63,486 nucleotides of DNA. Source: Clostridia bacterium (lineage in GTDB: Bacteria; Bacillota; Clostridia; UBA1381; UBA9506). Every line of letters begins with the position of its first letter. The first letter of the stretch is position 1. The translations under genes and the position numbers were made by a program. The DNA is taken from the NCBI GenBank assembly GCA_017407515.1, contig JAFQWH010000051.1, positions 1 through 63,486 on the forward strand. Reading direction: 5' to 3'. Positions 40,801-50,159 of this stretch are shown here, piece by piece. The notes beneath the pieces are model-generated. The model saw nothing but the letters and a program-made list of their open reading frames with translations. It made no database searches and had not been told where the DNA came from.

Positions 40801-40982
40801 ATGCCGGAGAGGACAAACTGCAAAAGAAGCAGACCCAAGAGACTTAGGCCTGCAACATATGACGCTCTTTTGCCATGCCTTAGTTCCTTCGCCGAAGTCG
40901 TGCGAAAAACAAAAGCATAAGACAATACAAATATAATGGAATACAAAACAGAAAAGAAAGTAATATAATTCAGACAAATCAC
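37806..40982 (-). CDS. 1058-aa polytopic fusion of two GT-C glycosyltransferase modules joined by a beta-sandwich (discoidin-like) domain
   Basis: The N-terminal half has many TM helices and a YVDYPPVYLY loop motif. The middle soluble segment is YVYTGW...YSVDGETWEMV...VRLTCDD. The C-terminal half is GT39/PMT-like (YFDEIYHPRTAFEF..THPPLGK) with more TM helices. GTG start. Confidence 0.75.
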   Translation of the reverse strand: MICLNYITFFSVLYSIIFVLSYAFVFRTTSAKELRHGKRASYVAGLSLLGLLLLQFVLSGISRGHVQDTGLFRAWTAFAEDHQLREYYTTELYVDYPPVYLYVLFTLGKLLKFLNISPDTGLYLACIRSIPIFFDGLTAFFVYKIGQNRIGQTKALVLALLCAVNPAQMLNSTIWGQIDSVVTFFTAIMLIMLQKKQYAGSFTLLAILFLTKPQTVMFAPLLCFTFFFDCLHSFRDGEEKRKLLWQGILSVLAVLAVLLLVPLPITGGNHDLLLEKYKHALSLYPYATLNAPNLYGMLGGNWVADSEKLLFFSYKTWGFLFIVVLSLSVGYVSYHDRERKQIFNLGILTVTGIYVLGHGMHERYLAPALLLFLLAYLYSGDKKLLLFYGGFSLAMFIASAWVLKLNWVNAFISGDNLSFQLLSFCNVVLFLFWVLYTVRQQFKKEKLEKEERLKETVMEHNIFPVQKPAPQTRLVRLDYLLMVLLTVFYALFGFYRLGSDSVPETGFYAETPGESVVLDLGKVSKARQLYVYTGWIDRRSDDLEVLRDLYIDYSVDGETWEMVREPFVLDSVFMWHVCRDFPEDFRYVRLTCDDGRFYLNEAAFFGETESERFPIQAVESTNPTATNLIDEPEKVTYEFTWYETAYFDEIYHPRTAFEFITHRYPYENTHPPLGKAIIACGMLLFGVTPFGWRFFGTLCGVLMVPLVYVMGKKMLKKTSFAFLAAFVFSFDFMHLAQTRLATIDSYTAFFVMGMYLFMFLYIEKNFYETGVKKTLPPLLASGICFGLGAATKWQGIYAGFGLAFLFFFSLARRYAEYRRARKEPEMPTAEAVIKNFKPMAMKTICAGFGFFVLVPAVIYFLAYIPAMWSESTGLSFFFTNQSSMYNYHANLEAPHPYGSAWWQWPLDYKPLYAYSANRDFVPPGTSMGITSFGNPAIWWLTIPVVFWSLWQLWKNRKHLDLGLLTVVVGFFSLYVPWIFVTRTAFIYHFFPCVVFVVLMIGFYFKNEQEQEKVSPRWTWAYAVLVFALFLLFYPVLTGMAIPTGYAMWLRWIPGWVLG

Positions 40983-41007
40983 GTCCTATTCTTTTCTTTT
41001 AATAGGT

Positions 41008-42183
41008 TCACCGTGCTATCTCTTCCCCTAAAACTTCAAGAGCTTTTGCCAGCTGCGGGTCTTCCTCCGGCGACAGAAGAGAAATTTTTCCCATAAGGTC
41101 TTCCGAAAGAGCAACTTGAATATCCGGCATAATGCCTACGCCGTCAATACATTCACCCTTGGGCGTAAAGTAGCGGGCACTGGTTAGGTAAATAGCCGTG
41201 TTAGGACTTAACTGATAAACCGACTGCCCCACCGCTTTACCAAAGCTCTTCTCGCCGATAATTGTTGCTAAACCATGTGCTTGCAGGCTGCCTGCTAAAA
41301 GCTCAGAGGCACTGGCTGTTCCCTGATTGATTAACACAGCCATAGGAACTTCCAGAGCATTTTCATCAGAATTAAAATACTGCCGACGTCCCTGATTATC
41401 TTCTAAATAGGCAATAACGCCTTCGGGTAGCAGGGAATCGGTCATATCAATGACTGTGTCGGCATACCCACCGGGATTATTACGAAGGTCAATAATCAAC
41501 GCCTGCATGTTTTGGCTTTGTAAGTCATCAATCGCTGCCTGGAAATCTTCTTTTGTATTATGGATAAATTCGGAAACACGAATATAGCCTATGCCGCCGT
41601 CATACATTTTATGCGTTACGGACTGCCGTCTGATTTCCTCGCGACGGACGGTAAAGGCAAGATCTTCTTCACCACGCTGAATTACAAAATCAATCTCATC
41701 ATCTTCGCCGGCCTTGATATACTCAAGAATCGCCTCGTAGGTATCACGTGTAACTGCCATATCCCCTACTTTTTTAACAATATCACCGGGCAGAATTCCT
41801 GCTTTTTGTGCCGGAGAGTTATCATAGGGTGCAATAACCGTCATTTCCTCTTTTTCACTATTGAAATTAACGCTGACACCAATCCCCTTGTAAATTTCCT
41901 TCTTGTCTTCCTGGTAAGATGCCAGAGCATCAGCATTTAAATAATTGCTATACGGATCGCCTAAGCTGTACACCATGGCACTGATTGCCATGTCGTTCAT
42001 GCGGGCGATTTGCTCATCTGTCAAAGGATCTACATAATTTTCAGCAATCAGTTTTCTCGCACGGACCAAAACATCTCCATTGTTAAAAAAGATATTCGCC
42101 ACAAAAAAGACAATGGCTGAAAGCGTCCATGCTACGGCCGCTGTAATTGCTGCCGTAATCACCAAATGTTTTTTACGAAACAA
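41008..42183 (-). CDS. S41 family C-terminal processing peptidase with PDZ domain
   Basis: TM anchor, PDZ (GILPGDIVKKVGD), DLRNNPGG and SASASE(LL)AG motifs. Confidence 0.9.
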   Translation of the reverse strand: MFRKKHLVITAAITAAVAWTLSAIVFFVANIFFNNGDVLVRARKLIAENYVDPLTDEQIARMNDMAISAMVYSLGDPYSNYLNADALASYQEDKKEIYKGIGVSVNFNSEKEEMTVIAPYDNSPAQKAGILPGDIVKKVGDMAVTRDTYEAILEYIKAGEDDEIDFVIQRGEEDLAFTVRREEIRRQSVTHKMYDGGIGYIRVSEFIHNTKEDFQAAIDDLQSQNMQALIIDLRNNPGGYADTVIDMTDSLLPEGVIAYLEDNQGRRQYFNSDENALEVPMAVLINQGTASASELLAGSLQAHGLATIIGEKSFGKAVGQSVYQLSPNTAIYLTSARYFTPKGECIDGVGIMPDIQVALSEDLMGKISLLSPEEDPQLAKALEVLGEEIAR

Positions 42184-42220
42184 GGTAAGTTCACACTCCT
42201 TTGACCAACTTTTCTAAAAA

Positions 42221-43384
42221 CTATGATAAATAAGGACGGGGATTCGTTGCAACGCCGTTATTTAGCACTTCAAAATGTAGGTGGTTGCCTGTGGAAGTAC
42301 CTGTCGTTCCAACTAAGGCAATCTTCTGGCCACGGGTAACCTTCTGACCGCTTGAAACCAGCAATTTACTGGAATGACCGTACAGTGTCTGAATACCGCC
42401 GCCATGGTCAATAATAACGCAATAGCCATAGCCGCCGTTCCAGCCGGCAAACCGCACCGTTCCGTCTGCCGCTGCTAAAATCGGAGACCCGCCGGGTGCT
42501 GCCATATCCATACCGGAGTGGTATTTTTTTGTACCATAAACAGGATGAATACGATAGCCAAATTCGGAGGAGATATATGTATAGCTGGGAGCCGGCCAAC
42601 AGAATACGCCGCCGTTATAAACAATTCTGTCCCCCGTTGCAGTTCCCTTGGAAGAGGAAGCCGCAATACTCCGCTTTAAGCTTTCCTCCTGAGCTGCCGC
42701 TGCTTTTTGCAGACTGTCATACTTGGCAATGTCTTTCTCTAACGACTTAATGTAATTCGTCTTTTCCGCAATTTTAGCATCCAGTGCGTCTTGCTTGCCC
42801 TGGACCAGATTGCGTGCTTCCTGCTGCTCATTACGGTAAGCCTCAATTTCTGCTTTAGAAGCCTCAACGCTGGCCTTTAGTGCAATCATCTCGTTAATGA
42901 TGCCCTGTTCAAACTCTGTAATCTCACGAATGGTCTCGATACGGGTAACAAAGTCTGCAATACTTTTAGAATTCAATAAAAGGTCTATATAGCTGGCTGT
43001 ATTGTTTTCATCCATAGTTTGCAGACGCACACAAAATTCCGCATCGTTTTCTGCAATTTTCTTTTCATATTCAGCAATTTCTGCCTCTTTTGCAGCAATT
43101 TTTTCATTCGCTTCATTGATAACCGCATCAATCTCATTAAGCTCTGCACGAATGATTTCTGCCTCATCGTCAAGCTGGGTAATCTGAGCCATGGCTGTTT
43201 CCAGCTGTGCCTTCGACTGGCTTTGTGCTGCCTGGGCCGCTTGTTTATCTTTTTTTGCCTGTTCCAGTCTTTCTTCTAAGGTTGCACCATACACCGGCTG
43301 TTCTTCATACATAGTCGGTACGATTGCAACAGATAAAGACATTGCAACTAAAACAGAAATTGCCCGTTTCTTAAATGGGGTCAT
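42221..43384 (-). CDS. coiled-coil M23 peptidase (EnvC-like architecture)
   Basis: Signal sequence, about 230 aa of heptad-rich coiled coil, then an M23 domain with HSGMD and HLHFE motifs. Confidence 0.88.
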   Translation of the reverse strand: MTPFKKRAISVLVAMSLSVAIVPTMYEEQPVYGATLEERLEQAKKDKQAAQAAQSQSKAQLETAMAQITQLDDEAEIIRAELNEIDAVINEANEKIAAKEAEIAEYEKKIAENDAEFCVRLQTMDENNTASYIDLLLNSKSIADFVTRIETIREITEFEQGIINEMIALKASVEASKAEIEAYRNEQQEARNLVQGKQDALDAKIAEKTNYIKSLEKDIAKYDSLQKAAAAQEESLKRSIAASSSKGTATGDRIVYNGGVFCWPAPSYTYISSEFGYRIHPVYGTKKYHSGMDMAAPGGSPILAAADGTVRFAGWNGGYGYCVIIDHGGGIQTLYGHSSKLLVSSGQKVTRGQKIALVGTTGTSTGNHLHFEVLNNGVATNPRPYLS

Positions 43385-43413
43385 AAAGTTTCCTCCATTC
43401 TTTATCAGAATGT

Positions 43414-44862
43414 TTATTTTTTCCCTTTTAAAATGTCCATAGCGGTGTTAAACTGCTCGTCAATTTCTACACGAACCTCGGACAGGTCCTGACTGAACCG
43501 ATTCAAGGTTTCGTAGTCCATAACGCCGGTTGCAGCAAGTCCGCTTGCTCTTTGATACTGTCTTACAGCAATGGTAAGCTCACGGTCGTATTGGTCATTA
43601 ACCTCACCGACAAAATACCCCACAGCGTTAAATCTCTGTTTGATTGCCAAAACGCCGTTACCGCTATCGCCCTCTTTATAGTCTCTGAGCATATCTAAAG
43701 GCTCCATGCCTTTTGTTTCCAAACGAACATAGCGATTGGCAACCCAACGGTCCGGCTGAATACCTACGCCGTTTACATGGTCACCACCGGGGAGAACATA
43801 CTCCGCCGTTGTAAGCTTTACGGCACCCAGTTCAACACCGCCTACGCTAGGAAGATTCATAAATTCCTGTACGGTGCCCTTGCCTAGGGTTGTAACGCCA
43901 ACCAAGGTGCCCAGCTTATAGTCACGAATGTTGCCGGCAAAAAGCTCTGCACCGCTGGCAGACTCGCCGTTAATCAGCACCACAATGTTTTCATAATAAG
44001 GTTTTCTGATAACGTTACCTACGCTTCTTAATGAGGTGTTCCGTCTTTCATCGGCATATTCAACGCTGATAACAGTTTTGCCTTTGGGAACAAAGTAGGA
44101 AAGCGTATGAACCACACTGACCATTTCACCGCCCGGATTGTCTCGCAGATCAATAATCAGCTTTTTAAGGCGTTTTTGTTTAAAAAACATATCGGCAGCG
44201 TCCATTTCCGCCGGTGTTCCATTGTTAAAGGATGCAATTTGCAGATACCCAATGCCATCTTCTAGCTTCTGATACGCAACGGTATTTCCTTTGATTGCCA
44301 TACGTTTAACTGTTTTAGTCAGCTCCTGGTTTCCTCTTTTTACCGTAAGCTGAACTTCTGTACCTTCTTCGCCTTTAATCAGCGGTGTCAGTTCATCAAT
44401 AGAATAGTCTGTTACATCTACGCCGTTTATCTTAATAATCCGGTCGCCCGCCATAAGACCTGCTGCCGCAGCTGAGCTGCCGGAGGTAACAGAAACAATG
44501 CCCACAGAGCCTTCCATTCTCTGCACAATCACACCAATACCCACATAGGAAGCATTAAAGTTATTGGTAAATGCCGTTAATTCTTCCGGTGTATAGTAAT
44601 CGCTGTAACGGTCCATGTGGTCTGAGGTAGTATCAATCAGTTCCTCTAACATCTCCGGGTGTTCTGCTAAAATTTTATGTGCCAGTTCGCTGACCAGCGA
44701 TGCCGTGTCTACCTCAAATTTGTAGTTTGCCAGAATACTGGCAAAAACCGCATCAAAATAGACAGATTCAAAGTTTTCTTCCTCGGCATAGGTTATGCCG
44801 CAGCCAAAGGTCATCATAACCGCCAGCAAGAGTACAAGCAGTTTTTTTGTCATCTGTTTCAT
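43414..44862 (-). CDS. S41 family peptidase with PDZ and C-terminal peptidoglycan-binding domain (CtpB-like)
   Basis: Signal peptide, PDZ (GLMAGDRIIKINGV), DLRDNPGG, ESASGAE, and a C-terminal PG_binding_1-like repeat (AVRQYQRASGLAATGVMD). Confidence 0.88.
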   Translation of the reverse strand: MKQMTKKLLVLLLAVMMTFGCGITYAEEENFESVYFDAVFASILANYKFEVDTASLVSELAHKILAEHPEMLEELIDTTSDHMDRYSDYYTPEELTAFTNNFNASYVGIGVIVQRMEGSVGIVSVTSGSSAAAAGLMAGDRIIKINGVDVTDYSIDELTPLIKGEEGTEVQLTVKRGNQELTKTVKRMAIKGNTVAYQKLEDGIGYLQIASFNNGTPAEMDAADMFFKQKRLKKLIIDLRDNPGGEMVSVVHTLSYFVPKGKTVISVEYADERRNTSLRSVGNVIRKPYYENIVVLINGESASGAELFAGNIRDYKLGTLVGVTTLGKGTVQEFMNLPSVGGVELGAVKLTTAEYVLPGGDHVNGVGIQPDRWVANRYVRLETKGMEPLDMLRDYKEGDSGNGVLAIKQRFNAVGYFVGEVNDQYDRELTIAVRQYQRASGLAATGVMDYETLNRFSQDLSEVRVEIDEQFNTAMDILKGKK

Positions 44863-44904
44863 AACTTTATTTCCTCCGTTTTTTCGGTTTCGGCAGGATT
44901 TTCC

Positions 44905-46596
44905 TTACATCTGCTCCGGTGCAGAAATGGACATAACTGTCAACGCGTTTTTCAGGGTTACGCGAACAGAATCCGTCAGCTTCAGACGGGCATCTGTCAG
45001 CTCTTTATCTTCGGAATTTACCTTGCAAGCAGCGTAAAAACCGTGGAATGCCGCTGCCAGATCCATAGCATAACGGGTAATTAAGCTGGGCTCACGAAGA
45101 TTTGCCGCCTGTTTAATGGTTTCAGGGAAATCTGCCAGTTTTTTCATCAGGTCAATTTCCTGAGGTGCTGTCAGTCTTTCAAGATTTACGTCGCTCACCG
45201 GTTTTACAGTTGTGCCCTGCTCAGATAAGAGCCGCAGAATACTGCAAACTCTGGCATGAGCATACTGCACATAGAATACCGGGTTTTCGTTAGACTGCTC
45301 TACCGCCAAGTCTAAATCAAAGTCAAAATGGCTGTTTGCCTGACGCATATTAAAGAAGAAACGAGCAGCATCAATGCTGATGTCTTCCAATAAATCTTTT
45401 AAGGTAATAGATTTACCGGTACGTTTGCTCATTCTGACAACCTCGCCGCCGGATACCAGACGAACCAGCTGCATCAGAACAATTTCCAGACGTTCCGGTT
45501 CAATACCCAGAGCCGCCAAGGCTGCCTTCAGGCGGGCTACATGGCCGTGATGGTCAGCACCCCAAATGTTAATAACTGTATCAAAGCCACGGTCAACGAA
45601 TTTGTTTTTATGGTAAGCAATATCTACGGCGTAGTAGGTTAAAAAGCCGTTCTGACGAACCAACACTTCGTCTTTTTCCTCGCCGAAGTCTGTGGCACGG
45701 AACCAGATAGCCCCCTCGTTTTCGTAAGCATAGCCACGCTCTAACAATTCGTCAACAACTTTTCTTGCTTCGCCGTTTTCATGGAGAACGCTTTCCCGGA
45801 ACCAAACATCATAAAAAATTCTGTATTTTTCCAGGTCAGCCTTTAAATCATCAACATTCTTTTCCAAAGAAAAATCAACCAAAGCTTTTTTGCGGGTTTC
45901 AGAATCAGCCTCCAATAAGCCTTTGCCAAACGCCGCAATGTATTCCCGGGCACGAACACGAATGTCCTCGCCGTGGTAACCGTCTTCCGGGAATTCTGCC
46001 GCATCTTCGCCTAAAAGCTCCTGAATATATCGAGCCTCTAAGGATTTACCGAACTTTTCAATCTGATTGCCGGCATCGTTTACATAGAATTCACGGGTTA
46101 CATCATAGCCTGCCCAGTCTAAAACGCTTGCCAGACAGTCGCCCAAAGCACCGCCACGGGCGTTCCCCATATGCATAGGGCCGGTGGGGTTGGCACTGAC
46201 AAATTCCACCATAATCTTTTTGCCGTTACCGTCGCTGACTCTGCCGAAGTTGTCACCCTCTGCCTCAATGACAGACAGTACCTTTAGAATATAGGCAGAA
46301 TCCAGACGGAAATTAACAAAGCCGGCACCTGCCACCTCAGCACTCTGAATAAAGGTGCCCTCGGTGTTCATGTTTGCAACAATTGCCTCTGCAATAGCTC
46401 TGGGAGCTTTTCTTGCTTGCTTAGCAAGGAGCATGGCTGCGTTGGTAGCAAAATCGCCGTGTTCCTTTTCTCTGGGTTCTTCAATTACATAGTCGGGAAT
46501 CTGCTCAAAGGTTAAATCCCCTTTGGCTTTTGCCGCCTCTAATGCAGTATCAATCGCGTTTTTAATCGATGTTTTTGTCTGTTCGTAAATTGTCAC
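44905..46596 (-). CDS. argS: arginine--tRNA ligase
   Basis: 563 aa, with SANPTGPMHMGN (HIGH region) and a DALR anticodon-binding domain. Confidence 0.95.
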   Translation of the reverse strand: MTIYEQTKTSIKNAIDTALEAAKAKGDLTFEQIPDYVIEEPREKEHGDFATNAAMLLAKQARKAPRAIAEAIVANMNTEGTFIQSAEVAGAGFVNFRLDSAYILKVLSVIEAEGDNFGRVSDGNGKKIMVEFVSANPTGPMHMGNARGGALGDCLASVLDWAGYDVTREFYVNDAGNQIEKFGKSLEARYIQELLGEDAAEFPEDGYHGEDIRVRAREYIAAFGKGLLEADSETRKKALVDFSLEKNVDDLKADLEKYRIFYDVWFRESVLHENGEARKVVDELLERGYAYENEGAIWFRATDFGEEKDEVLVRQNGFLTYYAVDIAYHKNKFVDRGFDTVINIWGADHHGHVARLKAALAALGIEPERLEIVLMQLVRLVSGGEVVRMSKRTGKSITLKDLLEDISIDAARFFFNMRQANSHFDFDLDLAVEQSNENPVFYVQYAHARVCSILRLLSEQGTTVKPVSDVNLERLTAPQEIDLMKKLADFPETIKQAANLREPSLITRYAMDLAAAFHGFYAACKVNSEDKELTDARLKLTDSVRVTLKNALTVMSISAPEQM

Positions 46597-47024
46597 GCCT
46601 GGTTCCCTACCTTCCTGATTTTTAAGTGTAAGCCGTTATGAACGGGGAGATTGTTGTTAAGCTCAACCATATAGTCAAGGTCAATCTCGCCGCCGTTTTC
46701 ATCAATATCCACCGAGATACTGTTGGTGGTTACCCCCACGGACAAAGCTCCGTACGGCGTATCGTAATGGCCTACATATTTTTTCTCTTTTTCAAAAATC
46801 ATCTGCGTTGAGGCATTATCGAAACGAATCATGGAAATGCAACCGTCTTTAATCTTTAAGGTGGTGGTTGTACCTTCGTAGCCGGTTAATTCACTGCCTT
46901 CATAGCTGATGTAATATTTATCGTCTTTTTTTATGTATTTACCCAAGGTTGTCAGTTCGTATTGGTCACTCTCGCCGTCAATACTCTGTCGCCCTGTTAA
47001 GGTAATTAAAGCATTTGTTTCCAT
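46593..47024 (-). CDS. DUF1934 (YwiB-like) beta-barrel protein
   Basis: About 140 aa with a 4-nt overlap with argS. This is the conserved Firmicute ywiB-argS arrangement. Confidence 0.8.
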   Translation of the reverse strand: METNALITLTGRQSIDGESDQYELTTLGKYIKKDDKYYISYEGSELTGYEGTTTTLKIKDGCISMIRFDNASTQMIFEKEKKYVGHYDTPYGALSVGVTTNSISVDIDENGGEIDLDYMVELNNNLPVHNGLHLKIRKVGNQA

Positions 47025-47060
47025 AAAAACCTCACCCTGCCGCCCTGCGGCATCTATAAG

Positions 47061-47873
47061 TTAATTATATTTTTCAATATCAATCCGGGAAACCAAGCCG
47101 CTAATCGGGCGTTCTAAGAACATAGAACCCAAACGGACAAACTCTGCCGGAACATCACTGACATAAAACTGATATTGGTCTTTTTCCGGTGCATCAGAAA
47201 GCATATCGTCCTTTGCCAGCTGCTCATAAATATCCTGAGCGACGCATTCCCCCGGGTTAATCAGCGAAACGCTGTCTCCCACTACCTCCTGAATCACTTT
47301 CCTCAAGAGCGGATAATGGGTACAACCTAAAATCAAGGTGTCGGCTCCGCTATCCATAATAGTCTGCAAATAGTCTTTCGCAATCATTTTAGCGGCTTCT
47401 TTTTCCGCATAACCATATTCCACTAAGGGTACGAACATAGGACACGCTACGGAAACCGTTTCAATCGCCGGATTTTCCTCTTTGATAAAGGCACTGTAAG
47501 CACCGGAACGAACCGTACCCGTTGTACCGATAACCCCAACACGACCGTTTTTCGTAACCTGTGCCGCCCGGCGGCTTGCCGCCTTGGTAACGCCCAAAAG
47601 CGGAATATCATACTGCCCGGAAAGCTTCGGCAAGGCAATAGAGCTTGCCGTTCCGCAGGCAGCCACAATTGCCTTTAAGGGAAAGGTATTTAAAAAACTT
47701 ATATCACTACGGGTATACTTTAAAACGGTTTCTTCCGACTTTGTTCCGTAAGGAATACGGCCCGTGTCACCGAAATACACGATGGATTCGTTAGGAAGCA
47801 GAGCCATCAGCTCTTTCATAACGGTGAGACCGCCCAAGCCGGAATCAAAAATTCCAATCCTTCTGTTATCCAT
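47061..47873 (-). CDS. murI: glutamate racemase
   Basis: IGIFDSGLGGLTV, catalytic Cys contexts ACGTAS and LGCTHYP. Confidence 0.95.
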   Translation of the reverse strand: MDNRRIGIFDSGLGGLTVMKELMALLPNESIVYFGDTGRIPYGTKSEETVLKYTRSDISFLNTFPLKAIVAACGTASSIALPKLSGQYDIPLLGVTKAASRRAAQVTKNGRVGVIGTTGTVRSGAYSAFIKEENPAIETVSVACPMFVPLVEYGYAEKEAAKMIAKDYLQTIMDSGADTLILGCTHYPLLRKVIQEVVGDSVSLINPGECVAQDIYEQLAKDDMLSDAPEKDQYQFYVSDVPAEFVRLGSMFLERPISGLVSRIDIEKYN

Positions 47874-47888
47874 GTTACGCCTCCGGTA

Positions 47889-48938
47889 TTATCTTGCAAG
47901 TCTGATGAGCCTGGTTACAAGCTCTTTACCGCAAATCCCCGATTCTCTCCACAGCATGGGGTACATACTAATATCTGTAAAGCCCGGCAAGGTGTTAATT
48001 TCGTTTAAAATAATGCTGCCGTCTTTTCTGTCAATAAAGAAATCTACTCTGGAAAGCCCGGAACAGTCTGCCGCTGTGAACGCACGGCAGGCAAACTCAC
48101 GAATGGTTGCCTGTTCTTCCTCCGTTAACTTTGCGGGAATTTCAATCCGTGCAGTATCGTTTTCATACTTTGTGGCATAGTCATACATGCCCTCTTTCAC
48201 AATTTCACCGACGCAAGAAGCCTCAGGTGCCTGGGTTGTTCCCAAAACAGCACATTCAACCTCGCGGCCGTCAACACAACGTTCAATCAGAATCTTCTCG
48301 TCCTCTGCTCCGGCAATTTTCAGGGCTTCCTCTAACGCCTCTCGCCCCGCAACCGATACAACGCCCACAGATGAGCCGGCACGGGAGGGTTTTACAACAA
48401 CCGGATAGCCAAAGGACTCTGTAATTTCTGTATGTACTGCCTCTGCATCATAACGGTCATTCCAGACAAAGAAACCATCAGTTACGGGAATACCCGCCTG
48501 CTTCAACACTTCTTTTGTCAAAACCTTATCCATGCACAAAGATGACGCCAGCACCCCGGGACCCACAAAGGGAATACCGGCAAGAGATAAAAGGCCCTGC
48601 ACGGTACCGTCTTCTCCGTTTTTGCCGTGCAAAACCGGGTAAACAACATCTACACGGGTGACAGATACATCGCCGTTTTTATTAAACACCAACAGTCCAT
48701 GATGCTTCGGACTGGGGGACAGCACACAGGCTTTGTTGTTGCAGGCTTCCCAGGCTCCGGATTTAATCTCTGCCTGTGTTGCCTCTGTTAAAAACCAGTT
48801 GCCGCTTTTGTCTATTCCAACCGTAATCACATCAAACAAGTCTCTGTCTATGTAAGAAAGAACATTGTTTGCAGAAAGACGGGAGATCTCATGTTCAGAG
48901 GATTTGCCGCCAAATAAAACACAAACTGTTTGTTTCAT
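47889..48938 (-). CDS. ddl: D-alanine--D-alanine ligase
   Basis: ATP-grasp Ddl motifs (FGGKSSEHEIS, PVLHGKNGEDG, NEINTLPGFT). Confidence 0.95.
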   Translation of the reverse strand: MKQTVCVLFGGKSSEHEISRLSANNVLSYIDRDLFDVITVGIDKSGNWFLTEATQAEIKSGAWEACNNKACVLSPSPKHHGLLVFNKNGDVSVTRVDVVYPVLHGKNGEDGTVQGLLSLAGIPFVGPGVLASSLCMDKVLTKEVLKQAGIPVTDGFFVWNDRYDAEAVHTEITESFGYPVVVKPSRAGSSVGVVSVAGREALEEALKIAGAEDEKILIERCVDGREVECAVLGTTQAPEASCVGEIVKEGMYDYATKYENDTARIEIPAKLTEEEQATIREFACRAFTAADCSGLSRVDFFIDRKDGSIILNEINTLPGFTDISMYPMLWRESGICGKELVTRLIRLAR

Positions 48939-49058
48939 AATAAGTAACCTCCCAATTTTTTGCCGATAGGCATAGGTCCTTACTTTATTATAATACTATG
49001 AAATCAGGTTTATTTCAATCTTTTTTTGAAATTGTCAAAAATTTTTAATATTCAAAAG

Positions 49059-49093
49059 AAAAAAACAGGGCTGCGGCAAACACCACAGCCCTT
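49059..49093 (-). terminator. rho-independent terminator after the AraC gene
   Basis: On the minus strand, an AGGGCTG...CAGCCCT stem is followed by GTTTTTTT. Confidence 0.75.
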
Positions 49094-49099
49094 ACATTA

Positions 49100-50005
49100 T
49101 TAAATTCTATTTATCTTTTCCTGTTTTTTTGTCTGACGGAACCGAAGGGGCGTTACTGACGTATATTTTCTGAAAATATCATTAAACCGCTGCTGGCTGG
49201 AAAAACCCACGCTCCGGGCAACATCGGCAATTTTCATATCCGTGTTTTCCAGGAGCTCTTTTGCCTCTTCGATGCGGATTTTCAAAATATAGCTCTTGGG
49301 GCTGATACCGAATTTATCTTTAAAGGAATGGGCAAAATAACTGTCTGACAGATAAATATATTTTGCCACCTGGGAAAGGGTCAGCTCTTTGGCATAGTTC
49401 TGGTCAATATATTCCTTTGCCACGTTTAACAGTTCGTGGAGCTTTAAATTTCGGTTTTTAACGCTTTGCTCCCATTCCTGCTTCAGCGTTCTGGACAAGA
49501 GTACAAACAACTCTATAACCAAAAGGCAGGAAAGAAAATCTCCCCAGACCTGAGGTTTCATTCGCTCCCTGAGAATTCGTTTAATAACATTGATAATGTC
49601 ATTTTTCTTGCCGAGTTTTAAATAAATATAAGAACCAACAGACTCGTCTTCAATGTATTCCACAAAATCCTTTAAAGAGGCATGACTACTCACGCCCTCT
49701 TTCGGACCGCGAAGGGTAAAATACAGCACAATCAACTCGCAGTTTTCAGAACGGACAATAAACTTATGGGGCTTTTGGGGTTTAATAATAACCAGAGAAT
49801 TGGCAACCATATTGACATCAATCCCGTCAATCATAAAGGTTGCCGTACCCTTTTTAATGTAAACCATTTCATAATGGTCATGTCGGCTTAAGTCCATACT
49901 CCAGTTTGTATCATGTATTTTTTCAATAGCCTTGATAACTGCCGGCATAAAAGAAAGCTTGTCAATCAATTCTGTCCACGCTTTTGGAAGTTGCTCCTCT
50001 GTCAT
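49100..50005 (-). CDS. AraC-family transcriptional regulator (cupin sensor + HTH)
   Basis: N-terminal cupin-like domain and a C-terminal double HTH (IADVARSVGFSSQQRFNDIFRKYTSVTP). Confidence 0.88.
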   Translation of the reverse strand: MTEEQLPKAWTELIDKLSFMPAVIKAIEKIHDTNWSMDLSRHDHYEMVYIKKGTATFMIDGIDVNMVANSLVIIKPQKPHKFIVRSENCELIVLYFTLRGPKEGVSSHASLKDFVEYIEDESVGSYIYLKLGKKNDIINVIKRILRERMKPQVWGDFLSCLLVIELFVLLSRTLKQEWEQSVKNRNLKLHELLNVAKEYIDQNYAKELTLSQVAKYIYLSDSYFAHSFKDKFGISPKSYILKIRIEEAKELLENTDMKIADVARSVGFSSQQRFNDIFRKYTSVTPLRFRQTKKQEKINRI

Positions 50006-50159
50006 ACTGATTCCCTCCCTATTGTACGAAATCTGTTTTCAAGATCATTGTAACACAAAATTTAAACAAAGTCCATAAAAAAATTAAAAATCTCTTTACG
50101 ATGCCGAAAAAACTTGGTATAATATGATTACATCCATTCGGCAGAATTGAGGAAGCAAT

